Positions 28,534 to 38,278 of a stretch of DNA of 64,000 nt are shown here, piece by piece. Under the pieces are notes generated by a model, which searched no databases, was not told the origin of the DNA, and worked only from the letters and a program-made list of their open reading frames with translations. The stretch covers positions 41,051 to 105,050 of the forward strand of contig JACAVV010000013.1 in assembly GCA_024648695.1 (NCBI GenBank), given 5' to 3'. The translations under genes were made by a program, and so were the position numbers. Numbering within the stretch: position 1 is the first letter of the stretch; every line of letters starts with the position of its first letter. This stretch comes from Nitrospina sp. GTDB taxonomy: Bacteria > Nitrospinota > Nitrospinia > Nitrospinales > JACRGP01.

Positions 28534-29727
28534 TTAGCCGATAATGAAGCGGTTGCCGGATCGAAAGTTGCCTTGGGAATCATAATAGTGCTGGAGGTTA
28601 TGCCAACTCAAGTGAATATCACAGTTTTGGCACAGGGGAATTTCGAACCTTTGGCGCGCGATCATTTGCTCACGGACCTTTGTGAGCTCCGGTCCCGACC
28701 AAATATCCTCGATACTTCGTTCAGACAAATTTCCCATGGTGGATTGTGCAAACATATCCGCACAACAAAGCACCACCGACCCATCCCAATACACCACCAT
28801 CCATTTCCAAAGCTGTGTACAAGGGGCCTTGTTCAAACTATTAAAACGCTTATGATTGAATTTTATCGAGCTGGCAGGACCGCTTTCCGAATATTCTTTA
28901 AGAAAGTTGTCCTTATCGAACATACCCGCCCAATTCGAAATAATATTGTCATTGATAGGCGTCAAGGCGATGGAGCAATCGTAGTCATTGAGAGCTCTAA
29001 AAAAATCATTATTTAAAGTCGCTTCCATCGTTTTTAATGTTTTGATACGGATATTCACCGGAACCGGCTGACTGGCCTGCGAGTTTTCATGAAGGAACTC
29101 AAGGATGTTATCCCGAACGACCTCGAAGCTCATCTTTTTTACATTTTCGAAAGTGTCCTTATCCAGTTCATCCAGGCTGATGTCCACCGCCACCGAATTT
29201 TCAATCAAGACGGGACGAATCGCGTCATTCAGGAAAAACCCATTCGTCAAAACTTCCGTTTTATGGATGCGGGGAACCTTTTGCAGGTATTCGATTTTTT
29301 CCCGGAATGTTTTGTCCATTAAAGGTTCGCCAAACGTCCCGAACGAAATCATGCCGCCACGCGTTGCATAATCGTCGATGATCTTGCGGTACAAATTCAT
29401 CTTCATCGAACCGACCTCGGTTAAATCCGGATTCGGGCACCAAACGCATTTCGCGTTGCACCGGTTGGTCACGTCGATCAAAAGCGCGCCAGGCCACCTG
29501 GACAAGGAGTCCGCCAAAGGTTTCACAGTAAAATCGAAGGCAGGCGAATCGTAAACCTTGCGGCGGAAGTAATCCAGTTCCCAAAAATAAGGTAGTTTTT
29601 TGATCCAGGCCTTCATGCGAGTCGCCAGTGATTTTGAGTGTTTGGAAGACCTTATGTCCTGCGTTGAAGAAGCAGACGATGAATTTGGGTCTTCAGGATC
29701 GCGATTTATGGTTGTCAGTTTATTCAT
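28534..29727 (-). CDS. Radical SAM protein with C-terminal SPASM/twitch-like Cys-rich domain
   Basis: Cluster motif DVTNRCNAKCVWCPN (CxxxCxxC) and GGxxxFGTFGEPLMD. C-terminal auxiliary-cluster-type cysteines: APCTQLW...WDGSVVLCCADMF...PLCQNCDIH. Has a ~80-aa N-terminal extension. Confidence 0.85.
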   Translation of the reverse strand: MNKLTTINRDPEDPNSSSASSTQDIRSSKHSKSLATRMKAWIKKLPYFWELDYFRRKVYDSPAFDFTVKPLADSLSRWPGALLIDVTNRCNAKCVWCPNPDLTEVGSMKMNLYRKIIDDYATRGGMISFGTFGEPLMDKTFREKIEYLQKVPRIHKTEVLTNGFFLNDAIRPVLIENSVAVDISLDELDKDTFENVKKMSFEVVRDNILEFLHENSQASQPVPVNIRIKTLKTMEATLNNDFFRALNDYDCSIALTPINDNIISNWAGMFDKDNFLKEYSESGPASSIKFNHKRFNSLNKAPCTQLWKWMVVYWDGSVVLCCADMFAQSTMGNLSERSIEDIWSGPELTKVREQMIARQRFEIPLCQNCDIHLSWHNLQHYYDSQGNFRSGNRFIIG

Positions 29728-29977
29728 TATCGGTACAATGGTTTTTGGGGGCTAAACTGTGCTGTATTTTTTCACTTAAACTCGCCAGGGGATTGGTATT
29801 GGCTCTATTCCCAATAGTTTCGCTATCTATTTTAGACGATTTCAGCTGGAATAGATACCCCAATTGACCCATGAAAACAAGCCTCTAACAAGACTTTGTT
29901 TTTACTATAAGATTTGGCAATGGCTTCAAATTGGGCTTTGCCGCCTCTATTGACTCTTTTCGACCTGGAGAATTTTG

Positions 29978-31094
29978 ATGATAGTAGAATTTAAAAACCA
30001 GCTTAAAAACTTTGCCACGCGAATCGACCGGATCCGGGGGTTTCTTTGACGTTGCGAGATGCTTGAAAAAACTGGAAGGACTGGATGAAGAGGTCGGCAA
30101 ACAAGAGTTTTGGGACGATAATGAGTCGGCTCAAAAAACCCTGCAAGAGCGCGCCGCCCTGCAACGCAAAGTAAATATCTGGAAGGATCTTCATAAAGAG
30201 TGTGAAGACACTGAAGCGATGATCGCCCTTTCCGAAGAAGAAAAGGATGAATCCCTTTACCCTGAAATCAAATCCGCTTTGGAAGCCCTGGAAGTCGAAC
30301 TTTCCAAAGCAGAGTTGAAAGCCATGCTGTCGGGTCAAAACGATGCAAACAACGCCATCCTTTCCATCAATTCGGGTGCCGGGGGAACTGAATCGCAAGA
30401 CTGGGCGAATATGTTGCTTAGAATGTACACACGTTGGGGGGATCGCAACGAATACAAAACCGAAGTGCTTGACATGCAATATGGTGAAGAAGCGGGTATA
30501 AAAAGCGCAACCGTCCTGTTCACAGGTGAATACACTTACGGATACCTGAAAGCGGAAATAGGAGTGCACCGCCTGGTGCGCATCTCCCCGTTCGATGCCA
30601 ACAAGCGCCGCCATACTTCCTTTGCTTCCGTGTTCGTTTATCCGGAAGTCCAGGACGATATCGATGTCGAGATCATCGAATCGGATTTAAAGATCGACGT
30701 GTACCGCGCATCGGGTCCGGGCGGACAAGGTGTCAACACCACCGACTCTGCGGTGCGCATCACGCATGTACCATCGGGAATCGTGGTGCAGTGTCAAAAC
30801 GAACGGTCGCAACATAAAAACAAATTGTCTGCGATGAAAGTATTAAAAGCCCGATTATATGAACTGGAACAAGAGAAAATTCGTGAAGAAATGAAGGACC
30901 TGGAACAATCAAAAAAGAAAATCGAATGGGGCAGTCAAATCCGTTCCTACGTTTTGCATCCTTACCGCATGGCCAAGGATTTAAGAACCAACGTGGAGAA
31001 AGGAAACGTCGATGCCGTGCTCGATGGAGACCTGGACGATTTCATTCAAGGCTATCTACTCATGGAAACGGGAAAAAACTCGGAAGGGGCATAG
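29978..31094 (+). CDS. prfB: Peptide chain release factor 2, requiring a programmed +1 ribosomal frameshift: join(29978..30046,30048..31094)
   Basis: Frame 0 reads MIVEFKNQLKNFATRIDRIRGFL then TGA. The +1 frame continues DVARCLKKLEGLDEEVGKQEFWDD..., with SPF (RISPFD) and GGQ (SGPGGQGVNTTDSAVRITH). The ORF track only shows 30012..31094. Confidence 0.95.
30035..30050 (+). other. prfB +1 frameshift site
   Basis: CGGGGG TTT CTT TGA C: an SD-like GGGGG 3 nt upstream of the slippery CTT followed by in-frame TGA-C. Same architecture as E. coli AGGGGG TAT CTT TGA C. Confidence 0.85.
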
Positions 31095-31096
31095 GC

Positions 31097-32116
31097 ATGA
31101 AACCTGCCTTTCATCCCTCCCTTGTGAACCATCCCCTTGGGGACCCGGGATTGCTGATCCAGTTCCTTTACCAAAAGCGCGCTTTATTGTTCGACCTGGG
31201 CGACATTTCCCGATTGCCCAGTTCCACTCTGTTAAAAGTCTCTCACGTTTTTGTGAGCCATACCCATATCGACCATTTCTATGGATTCGACCGCCTTTTG
31301 CGCGTGGTGTTTGGACGCGATAAAACAATCACGCTCTTCGGCCCGAAAGATTTCCTATCTAACGTGGAAGGAAAATTGCGCGGGTTTACCTGGAACCTTG
31401 TCGACCGCTATAACGAATCGATCACTTTAGATGTCGTCGAAGTGCATCCCAATCGATTACTAAAAGCAAGCTTTAGAGCCATCGATAAATTCAAACCGTC
31501 CCAGGAAACCGAATCTCCCTTTGAGAAGGGTGTGCTTCTTTCAGAACCGGAATTCAGTATTGAGACGGCTATTTTGGAGCACCGCGTTCCCTGCCTGGGG
31601 TTCGCCTTCAGAGAAAATTTTCATATCAATATCCGAAAAGACCGGTTGAACGAACTTGGTTATCCCCCCGGTCCCTGGCTGAACGAGTTGAAGGAAGCTA
31701 TTTACAAGGGAGAAACGGATTCTTTTATCATACGAGTTCCCAAACTCCTGCGCGGAAAAGAATTCAATGAAATCTCTCTTGGAAATTTAAAAGAGCAATT
31801 GGTGCTGATCAGTCCGGGTCAAAAGATTTCCTATATTGTGGATACGGTATATAACGAGGCAAACAAAAAACGCATCGTCGATCTGGTGCGGGACTCCGAT
31901 GTATTTTTCTGCGAGTCGCCATTTCTGGCAGAAGAGGAAGAACGGGGAAGAGACCGCTGTCATCTGACATCCCGGCAGGCGGGACTTCTCGGTCGCGAAG
32001 CCGGTGTAAAACGATTGGAAGTGTTTCATTTTTCGCAGAAACACAGCACGCGCACCGACCAGCTTTACCAGGAAGCGGAAGATGCTTTTAAGGGCAAAGA
32101 AACTTCTGTTCCTTAA
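31097..32116 (+). CDS. MBL-fold metallo-hydrolase (RNase Z/BN-like)
   Basis: VFVSHTHIDHFYGFDRLLR (HxHxDH) and C-terminal FHFS. I placed the start at the ATG at 31097 (MKPAFHPSL), 2 nt after the prfB stop. The track ORF from 30926 is an N-terminal over-extension overlapping prfB. Confidence 0.8.
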   Translation: MKPAFHPSLVNHPLGDPGLLIQFLYQKRALLFDLGDISRLPSSTLLKVSHVFVSHTHIDHFYGFDRLLRVVFGRDKTITLFGPKDFLSNVEGKLRGFTWNLVDRYNESITLDVVEVHPNRLLKASFRAIDKFKPSQETESPFEKGVLLSEPEFSIETAILEHRVPCLGFAFRENFHINIRKDRLNELGYPPGPWLNELKEAIYKGETDSFIIRVPKLLRGKEFNEISLGNLKEQLVLISPGQKISYIVDTVYNEANKKRIVDLVRDSDVFFCESPFLAEEEERGRDRCHLTSRQAGLLGREAGVKRLEVFHFSQKHSTRTDQLYQEAEDAFKGKETSVP

Positions 32117-32874
32117 GAACCTTGTTTCTCGCAAACAATCACGTAATACCCTGAAAACCGGTTCAATCCGGAATGCGTGAATCGGTTTTCCAGGAAATTA
32201 AAAAGTTGGTAAGCTCCGGGCAAATAAGTTAAATATTCAGTCGCCATAAAGGTTCTCAATCCATAAACCTTGCGAACCTTCAACCCTGCCCTGGCAATCA
32301 GGCGTTTAGACTCCCTAAGAGAATGCCATTTGGTGTAGTGTTTCATCCGATTCAACAAATAGCGGAAAGAATACGGGGAATAAAACTCCAGAAATATTAT
32401 CGCGCCCGGACGGGCTACTCTTTCAATCTCACGAATTCCTTCTAATACCTTGGGAACATGGGGCAAGACTTTAAAGGACCCGATGAGATCAAAAGTTTGA
32501 TCTGGAAAAGGCAGGTGACAAACATCCCCAAGCATGAGTCGGACCCGTTTTTCGTTCTGAAACTTTTCTTTGGCAAACTGTAGCATTTCCGGAGTGTAAT
32601 CGAATCCCGCGACATGATCGCACTTCTTCAGATAATGGGGCAAATTTCGTCCTGTTCCGCATCCAGCATCCAATCCCCTTGCAAAAGATTTTCCTTCTGT
32701 ATTTTCATAAAAACATCGGTGGGTAAGACCCTCAATAATTCTGAAATACGGACTCCGATCTCGATGGGCATCATAGTCCCTGGAAATCACCTGATACGCT
32801 TCATCAACTTTCACTGATTGTGTCTCCCGATTCATCGTGTAACATCCGATTATAAAGGATCTTGTATTGCTCAA
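32113..32874 (-). CDS. Class I SAM-dependent methyltransferase
   Basis: LDAGCGTGRNL motif I, VAGFDYTPEML and GAIIFLEF. The start is possibly at 32835 (MNRETQ). Its stop overlaps the convergent MBL gene stop (TTAA). Confidence 0.85.
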   Translation of the reverse strand: MSNTRSFIIGCYTMNRETQSVKVDEAYQVISRDYDAHRDRSPYFRIIEGLTHRCFYENTEGKSFARGLDAGCGTGRNLPHYLKKCDHVAGFDYTPEMLQFAKEKFQNEKRVRLMLGDVCHLPFPDQTFDLIGSFKVLPHVPKVLEGIREIERVARPGAIIFLEFYSPYSFRYLLNRMKHYTKWHSLRESKRLIARAGLKVRKVYGLRTFMATEYLTYLPGAYQLFNFLENRFTHSGLNRFSGYYVIVCEKQGS

Positions 32875-33979
32875 TGTAGGATTCGATACTAAACAATTCC
32901 ATCACCATGCTTCGACCTTTTTCTCCCCGCTCCCTGCGCAAAGTATCATTTGTTAACAGATTTTTGATTTCTGTGACAGCCTGAATCGTATCCCCCGGAT
33001 CGTGCAGAGCCCCCACATTATATTTCATGATTTCATTGAGGGGAGCCAAGTCTGAAATAATGATAGGCTTTTCCATGGCAAGGGATTCCAGTAAAACCAG
33101 AGGCAGATCTGCTTTTTTCAACATTTTACGGGCCGGAAAAATTTGCAGGTCGGACAACTGAACCAGCTCCGCCATATTTTCCACCGAATCCAGGAAGCGC
33201 ACCTGATCAAGAACACCCTCGCGATCCAGGCAAGCACGAACCCGTTCTCTTTCTGTTACGTCTTCTGATGAATCTATACGGCACGCCAAGACGAAACAGG
33301 TATGCTTTAAATCCCGTAAAGTATCGACAATGATTTTAACGAGATCATCATTACAACCCAAATAATAATTTCCGGCGTATAATACTACCTTTTGCTCCAG
33401 GCGAATATTCAATTTTTCTCTTAATGGGCCCTGCAGACGACCAGGTTTAAACTTTTCAGTGTCAATTCCCGGATAGATTCTTGAACAATTTTCATAGCCC
33501 GCATTACGAAGCTTTTGCAAAGTAAAATCGGACTGTGTAACGATCTGATGTCCATAGACGTATGATGCAATCCGGCTCTCTTCCGGCAAAGGGGTGGCAA
33601 TGGTTTGCAAAAACTTTCCCGTTTTTATTTTTTTCAGAACCTTCATGAAACTGGACGAATAACGTTCCGGTGTGAAGTAAAAATGATAGATATCGGCATC
33701 TCTTGCAAGGAGCGTTTTTAAAAATTGAACCTTCTGGCGTAGAGTAATTTTTCTTCCTCGTACCTTTGAATAAATATCAAGAAACTCTGCAGGGAAACCC
33801 ATCAGCCCTTCCGCTTGACCTTTGTATGTTAAAAGAATGGGCGTCATTGGAGAAAGAGCGTTGGCTAAACGAAATACAAGGTTTTTACTTGCTTCATCCC
33901 AGGGAGGCGCAATGGCGCGGGTAGCAAAAAATATTTTTGCGCTCGTTTTGTGATTATCCTCTTTCAAATTAACACTCAT
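32804..33979 (-). CDS. Family 4 (GT-B) glycosyltransferase
   Basis: 391 aa. The C-terminal half has a GT4-type EX7E region (LPLVLLESLAMEKPIIISD). Confidence 0.8.
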   Translation of the reverse strand: MSVNLKEDNHKTSAKIFFATRAIAPPWDEASKNLVFRLANALSPMTPILLTYKGQAEGLMGFPAEFLDIYSKVRGRKITLRQKVQFLKTLLARDADIYHFYFTPERYSSSFMKVLKKIKTGKFLQTIATPLPEESRIASYVYGHQIVTQSDFTLQKLRNAGYENCSRIYPGIDTEKFKPGRLQGPLREKLNIRLEQKVVLYAGNYYLGCNDDLVKIIVDTLRDLKHTCFVLACRIDSSEDVTERERVRACLDREGVLDQVRFLDSVENMAELVQLSDLQIFPARKMLKKADLPLVLLESLAMEKPIIISDLAPLNEIMKYNVGALHDPGDTIQAVTEIKNLLTNDTLRRERGEKGRSMVMELFSIESYIEQYKILYNRMLHDESGDTISES

Positions 33980-34066
33980 ACGGTAAAATCGTTCCAGCCT
34001 GACACTTAAGGTATCGACTCCTCTGCATTTTCAAACTTGTTTTAAAAAGGTTGATTAATCTATTCC

Positions 34067-35584
34067 ATGGCTTTTCTGGATTTATTATTTCTCTTTTGCG
34101 CCTCCTGCCTTTGGATTCGCTCGCTAAATATCCTTCCCACCCGAGCCGAGCAGTACGCAGTAGCATGGGGCATCGGCTGGGGACTCAAAAGTTTTATCCT
34201 TTTCGGTTTCGTGGCTTCGAATTTCCAACCGGTTTCTTTTTTGCAAACCCTGGTCAGCTTGATGATTTTTCTGGGATCCATTTTATTATGGAAAGACCAC
34301 GCAATGTGTTCAGGTCCGGAATCCAGCGAAGGTTCCCAAATAAAAGATTTTATTCCTTCCAGGGGAGCCTTCATTATTCTGTTATTTCTACTTACGACAA
34401 GCGCATTAAACGCCTGGTTTTTTCCAGTGACAGAAACTGACGGCCTCTGGTACCAAATCAACGGCACCAGATACTACCACGAAACCCGGTTTGATACCGG
34501 GGTATTCAACAGCGACTACGCACCCTTTATTCAATTGTTGGTCTCCTTTTTTATCTCTGCTGACTGGTATAAAGTGAAGCTCCTTTTTCCTGCTTTTTAT
34601 CTCTGCTGGGTTGTCATATTTTATTGCCGTGTTCATGATCAAACACAAAGTAAAAAATTAGCCACTTTATCGACATTAGTCCTGGCCACGACCCCCTATT
34701 TTTGGTGGCACAGTGTTCTCCTTTATCTGAACCTTGCCGCAGGATTTTTCTTTTCCCTTGGCATCATCTTTTGGATAAAACTGTTGAACCAACTGCAAAC
34801 GTTTGAAAGCGGTAATCCCAAACAGTGGCAAAGCTGGGCCCTTTTGAGCGGATGCTTTATCGGTTTATCCTGCTGGACCCGTATCGAATTTTTATTGTAC
34901 GCAAGCTTTCCTTTTCTGGCTCTGATGATTGTGCTGGACCGAAACCCGGACATACAAAAGACTGATAAAAGCCCGATACTTTTAAAATTTTCAACCGGTT
35001 TGTTGATCCCTCCCTCTCTGTGGCTCATCAATATTCTAACTTTTGAACATGCGATCAATACCAAGTTTTATGGGGTGATGGGAGTTTGCTTTATCTTATG
35101 GGTGGCTTTAATCGTTTTTCTTTTTAAACCCGTCAATGTGACCCTGAGCAATGCCTTAATAAAACGTTGCATTTGGGTCAGTATCCTGTGTTACCTTTTT
35201 TTGTTTTTTGTGGCCGGCCCCAAATCCTTGCCTCCTTGGACCGCCATATACTTAGGCGTTTACAGGACACTTTTTTTTCAATTGTTTTTTTCATTTACAG
35301 TGTTGCTTGGGCTGGTTATATTTTTGAATTCCTTGAAGGATTTATCGACAGATCGACTTTACACGGGACTATTCCTGATTTTTTACATGCTCACCCATTA
35401 TGCCCTCTACACCTTTGCAGAACCCAAATGGCAAGACCTGGGATCCTATCTGGATGCGACCTTCATTCATCCCGGAAACTCCGCAAACAGTTCGGGAACA
35501 CGCGAAATGCTTGCTTTTTATCCAGTCTTTGTTTTTTTTGTATCGAACTTACCCTGGGTTAAGGCCAGTTTTGAACATGAATAA
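34067..35584 (+). CDS. Polytopic integral membrane protein (505 aa), GT-C / polymerase-like
   Basis: At least 11 hydrophobic helices across the whole length. No soluble domain and no motif I can name. Lies in a glycan-locus context. Confidence 0.6.
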   Translation: MAFLDLLFLFCASCLWIRSLNILPTRAEQYAVAWGIGWGLKSFILFGFVASNFQPVSFLQTLVSLMIFLGSILLWKDHAMCSGPESSEGSQIKDFIPSRGAFIILLFLLTTSALNAWFFPVTETDGLWYQINGTRYYHETRFDTGVFNSDYAPFIQLLVSFFISADWYKVKLLFPAFYLCWVVIFYCRVHDQTQSKKLATLSTLVLATTPYFWWHSVLLYLNLAAGFFFSLGIIFWIKLLNQLQTFESGNPKQWQSWALLSGCFIGLSCWTRIEFLLYASFPFLALMIVLDRNPDIQKTDKSPILLKFSTGLLIPPSLWLINILTFEHAINTKFYGVMGVCFILWVALIVFLFKPVNVTLSNALIKRCIWVSILCYLFLFFVAGPKSLPPWTAIYLGVYRTLFFQLFFSFTVLLGLVIFLNSLKDLSTDRLYTGLFLIFYMLTHYALYTFAEPKWQDLGSYLDATFIHPGNSANSSGTREMLAFYPVFVFFVSNLPWVKASFEHE

Positions 35585-36032
35585 AACTGTTTTTATACGA
35601 AGTTTATTCCCAGCTATTATTCTTTTAAATTTATTCGCTCTAGTTTTCGCTTTTATAGGTCCGCGAATGGACTATATTTTCAGCCATTGGACGATGAATG
35701 AAGAGCAACTCCTGGAAACTCCCGGGCCAAAAGATATGCCTAGCTCTTTAAGCGCATCTTTTTCTTTAGCCCAAAGGATAAAAGTTTCCAGCCCGGAAGA
35801 TGCGACGATTTTTATGCCTCCCCTCGATAATCAACACGCGTCGCCTACGGTATTAAAACTTTACCCTCGTAAGGTGTTCTGGGGTAAAACATCCCTTTAT
35901 GAAAAAAACCTGCGCATCCCAAAACAAAACTCTTTCCTTGTGATTCGACCAGGATGGAAAGAAAAGGATTGCCAAAACAAACCCACAATACCCCTTAACG
36001 GTTCAGGGTACAAAATGTGCCGCTTGCATTAG
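35577..36032 (+). CDS. Hypothetical membrane-anchored protein (151 aa)
   Basis: Start MNKTVFIRSLFPAIILLNLFALVFAFIG overlaps the upstream stop (ATGAATAA). Single TM plus a ~120-aa extracytoplasmic domain. Confidence 0.45.
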   Translation: MNKTVFIRSLFPAIILLNLFALVFAFIGPRMDYIFSHWTMNEEQLLETPGPKDMPSSLSASFSLAQRIKVSSPEDATIFMPPLDNQHASPTVLKLYPRKVFWGKTSLYEKNLRIPKQNSFLVIRPGWKEKDCQNKPTIPLNGSGYKMCRLH

Positions 36033-36040
36033 CAACGGGT

Positions 36041-36949
36041 TTACCTTTCCCCACTTTCTCGTATCATTTTGTGTGAAAAACCGGCAAACACGAAGCACCA
36101 GAATACAACGATGATCCGGTCCACGGCTGTAATCAAAAATCCCTCCTTCAGTCCGTCTCCCAAATAAGACGCCAGAAAACCGATAACCAGCTCCCTGGAA
36201 CCCACATCACTTTGAAGCATTGGAAGGTTGCGAACAAATGCCAGGGCCACGGTGAATATCAGACAATGACTCCAAGGCATTTCCATGTGAAGGACTTTTG
36301 AGGCAAGGACAAATCGAATCGATATCACCACCAAAAGGGAAACCGACAAAAGAGATAAATGTCTGAACAACCTTCCTTCTTTAAACAGGGTTTTTAAAGT
36401 CTGGATTGCGCGATCCAGAGATTCTCCAATCCGTCCCCATTGGCGAATTTTTGGAAAGGGCATTTTTGTCAGAAGAAAAAGGGCCGTTCCCAAAATAAAA
36501 AATGCGCTTGCCAAATACCCCCATTTCCAGGCTCCCTGAGCCACCATAAGGATGGAAATTATAAATCCAACTCCCGCATGCACACCCAGGTTGATCAGTT
36601 GATCTCCCCCTAATGTCCCAACATAACTCATATAAGGAAAGTCATGCTTCTTCTTCAAATACGTCGCATTGATGATGGAACCCGACTTGAACACCAAACT
36701 ATTCAAGGATAGCGTGATGGCTGACAAGCCAAACCACTCCCGAAACTTTAATCGAATCTGAAACGATTCGACAATTATTTTCAGCTTGGATCCGTTGATC
36801 AAAAGGGTAATGATTGATAGGAAAAAAAAACCAAGGCCCTGGAGCAGGCTGATTTCCTTCAATACATAAAGGTTTTCGCGAAACTTAAAAATAAACAAGC
36901 CGAAACAAACCAGAAATACTATTGTGAACAAAACGCGAAGCCATTTCAT
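36041..36949 (-). CDS. UPF0104 / LPG-synthase-TM-type 'flippase-like' membrane protein
   Basis: 302 aa with ~8 TM helices and a layout resembling PF03706-type proteins, which commonly accompany GT2 genes. Assignment is by resemblance only. Confidence 0.5.
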   Translation of the reverse strand: MKWLRVLFTIVFLVCFGLFIFKFRENLYVLKEISLLQGLGFFFLSIITLLINGSKLKIIVESFQIRLKFREWFGLSAITLSLNSLVFKSGSIINATYLKKKHDFPYMSYVGTLGGDQLINLGVHAGVGFIISILMVAQGAWKWGYLASAFFILGTALFLLTKMPFPKIRQWGRIGESLDRAIQTLKTLFKEGRLFRHLSLLSVSLLVVISIRFVLASKVLHMEMPWSHCLIFTVALAFVRNLPMLQSDVGSRELVIGFLASYLGDGLKEGFLITAVDRIIVVFWCFVFAGFSHKMIRESGER

Positions 36950-37013
36950 GTAAACCGGGTTCCTTTATTTTTAAGGAAAGAGGCCAGGAACAAAAAGGAG
37001 AAAGGTCTTATTT

Positions 37014-38252
37014 TTAGACGATATCGATGTAAAGTTGTAGAAATGAGGCGGCAGAAGCTTTCCACGAATAACAGGATTCCACCATTTCTCGTCCCTGCAA
37101 ACTCAATCGCTCGCGCAAGGCAACATCCGAGTACAAGCTAATCACGGCACTGGCGATGGCTTGAGGGTTCTTTTGCGGAACAAGAATTCCCGTTTCCCCA
37201 TTCAGGATCACATCACTTATCCCCCCGACATTGGAGGCGATTACCGGGGTACCCGAAGCCATAGCTTCCAGAAACACCACTCCCTGCCCTTCCGTATCAC
37301 CACTTTCGGCAACGATGGACGGACCAATAAAAATATCTGCGCTTGCAAAATAGGACGGCAGTTCCTCACGATTTTTTCCACCCGCCAGAATAACATTCTC
37401 GCCTAATTTCAACTGTTCTATAAGAGTTTCAAGCTCGCCTTTTTCAGGTCCCTCCCCTATCAACAAAAGTTTGGCTTGAGGCAATTCCCTCAATACTTCG
37501 GGCATCGCTTGAATTAAATATTTAAAACCCTTTTTTTCGGCCAAGCGTCCAACCGCTAAAAACAAGGGGCCTTTAACACCCCATTCGTTTTTTAGTTCCT
37601 GCCGCCTTTGATTGGGGTGAAATCCGGAGGTATCCACACCCATGGGTATTACCTTCACTTTAGCCTTCGGATAGAGATCCAAAATGGCCTGGCGCGTAGT
37701 TTCCGTATTGGAGCTACAAAGGTTTGCATGCTTGATGGCAAAACGGCTGAATCTGGCTACCAGGGAGTCTTTTTTAAAAGAAAAAACATCGCCTCCATGA
37801 GCCGTTAATAGACAAGGAACACCCAAAATCTTTCGAAGCCAAACCGTGAACCACCCTTGCGGGATTATCCAGTGGCAATGAATTAAATTGATTCGATAAC
37901 GCTTCACGCAACGAACCATATGGTAAAACAGCAAAAGCAAAAAGAATGGCAACTGGATTCGCGCGAGCCAACTAGATCTCAGTTTAGGCAGGGCACCACC
38001 CTCATAAAACAGGTTCTGCCGGTGAGATGGGAAAAAATAAGGGAATCGAATTACCCGCACACCCTCCAACGTTTCCTCTTTTTTTGCGCCCGGAGCGTGA
38101 GGCACCAGAGTCATCAGGGAAACCTTTCGCGCAAGTTCTTTATTTAGATCGAATACAAATGGAGGTTCCTTATCGCCCTCCCAGCGGGGAAAGGTGGTGG
38201 CAATCGTAAGGACACGTAATTCTTTCAATCGTGAAGCATCGTTTTCATTCAT
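37014..38252 (-). CDS. Family 4 (GT-B) glycosyltransferase
   Basis: EGQGVVFLEAMASGTPVIASNVGGISDVI (EX7E motif). N-terminal THGGDV-type region. Confidence 0.9.
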   Translation of the reverse strand: MNENDASRLKELRVLTIATTFPRWEGDKEPPFVFDLNKELARKVSLMTLVPHAPGAKKEETLEGVRVIRFPYFFPSHRQNLFYEGGALPKLRSSWLARIQLPFFLLLLFYHMVRCVKRYRINLIHCHWIIPQGWFTVWLRKILGVPCLLTAHGGDVFSFKKDSLVARFSRFAIKHANLCSSNTETTRQAILDLYPKAKVKVIPMGVDTSGFHPNQRRQELKNEWGVKGPLFLAVGRLAEKKGFKYLIQAMPEVLRELPQAKLLLIGEGPEKGELETLIEQLKLGENVILAGGKNREELPSYFASADIFIGPSIVAESGDTEGQGVVFLEAMASGTPVIASNVGGISDVILNGETGILVPQKNPQAIASAVISLYSDVALRERLSLQGREMVESCYSWKASAASFLQLYIDIV

Positions 38253-38278
38253 ATTGGAATTTAAAGATCACTCAAGGA

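Noticed and set aside
29885-30614. Minus-strand ORFs 30003..30614 (203 aa) and 29885..30100 (71 aa).
   Set aside because: They are antisense to prfB and its frameshift leader. There are no recognisable domains, and prfB fully explains the region.
30926-31096. N-terminal 57-aa extension of the MBL-hydrolase ORF given by the track.
   Set aside because: It overlaps the conserved C-terminus of RF2 in another frame. An ATG at 31097, directly after the prfB stop, gives a sensible N-terminus.
32113-32116. Overlapping convergent stop codons (TTAA) of the MBL hydrolase and a methyltransferase. Also several 4-8-nt same-strand start/stop overlaps: ATGAATGA at 738-745, ATGAATAA at 35577-35584, ATGCCTGA at 12447-12454, TTGA at 44623-44626.
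   Set aside because: These are real, but they are ordinary consequences of compact genomes and translational coupling. I used them only to refine start codons.
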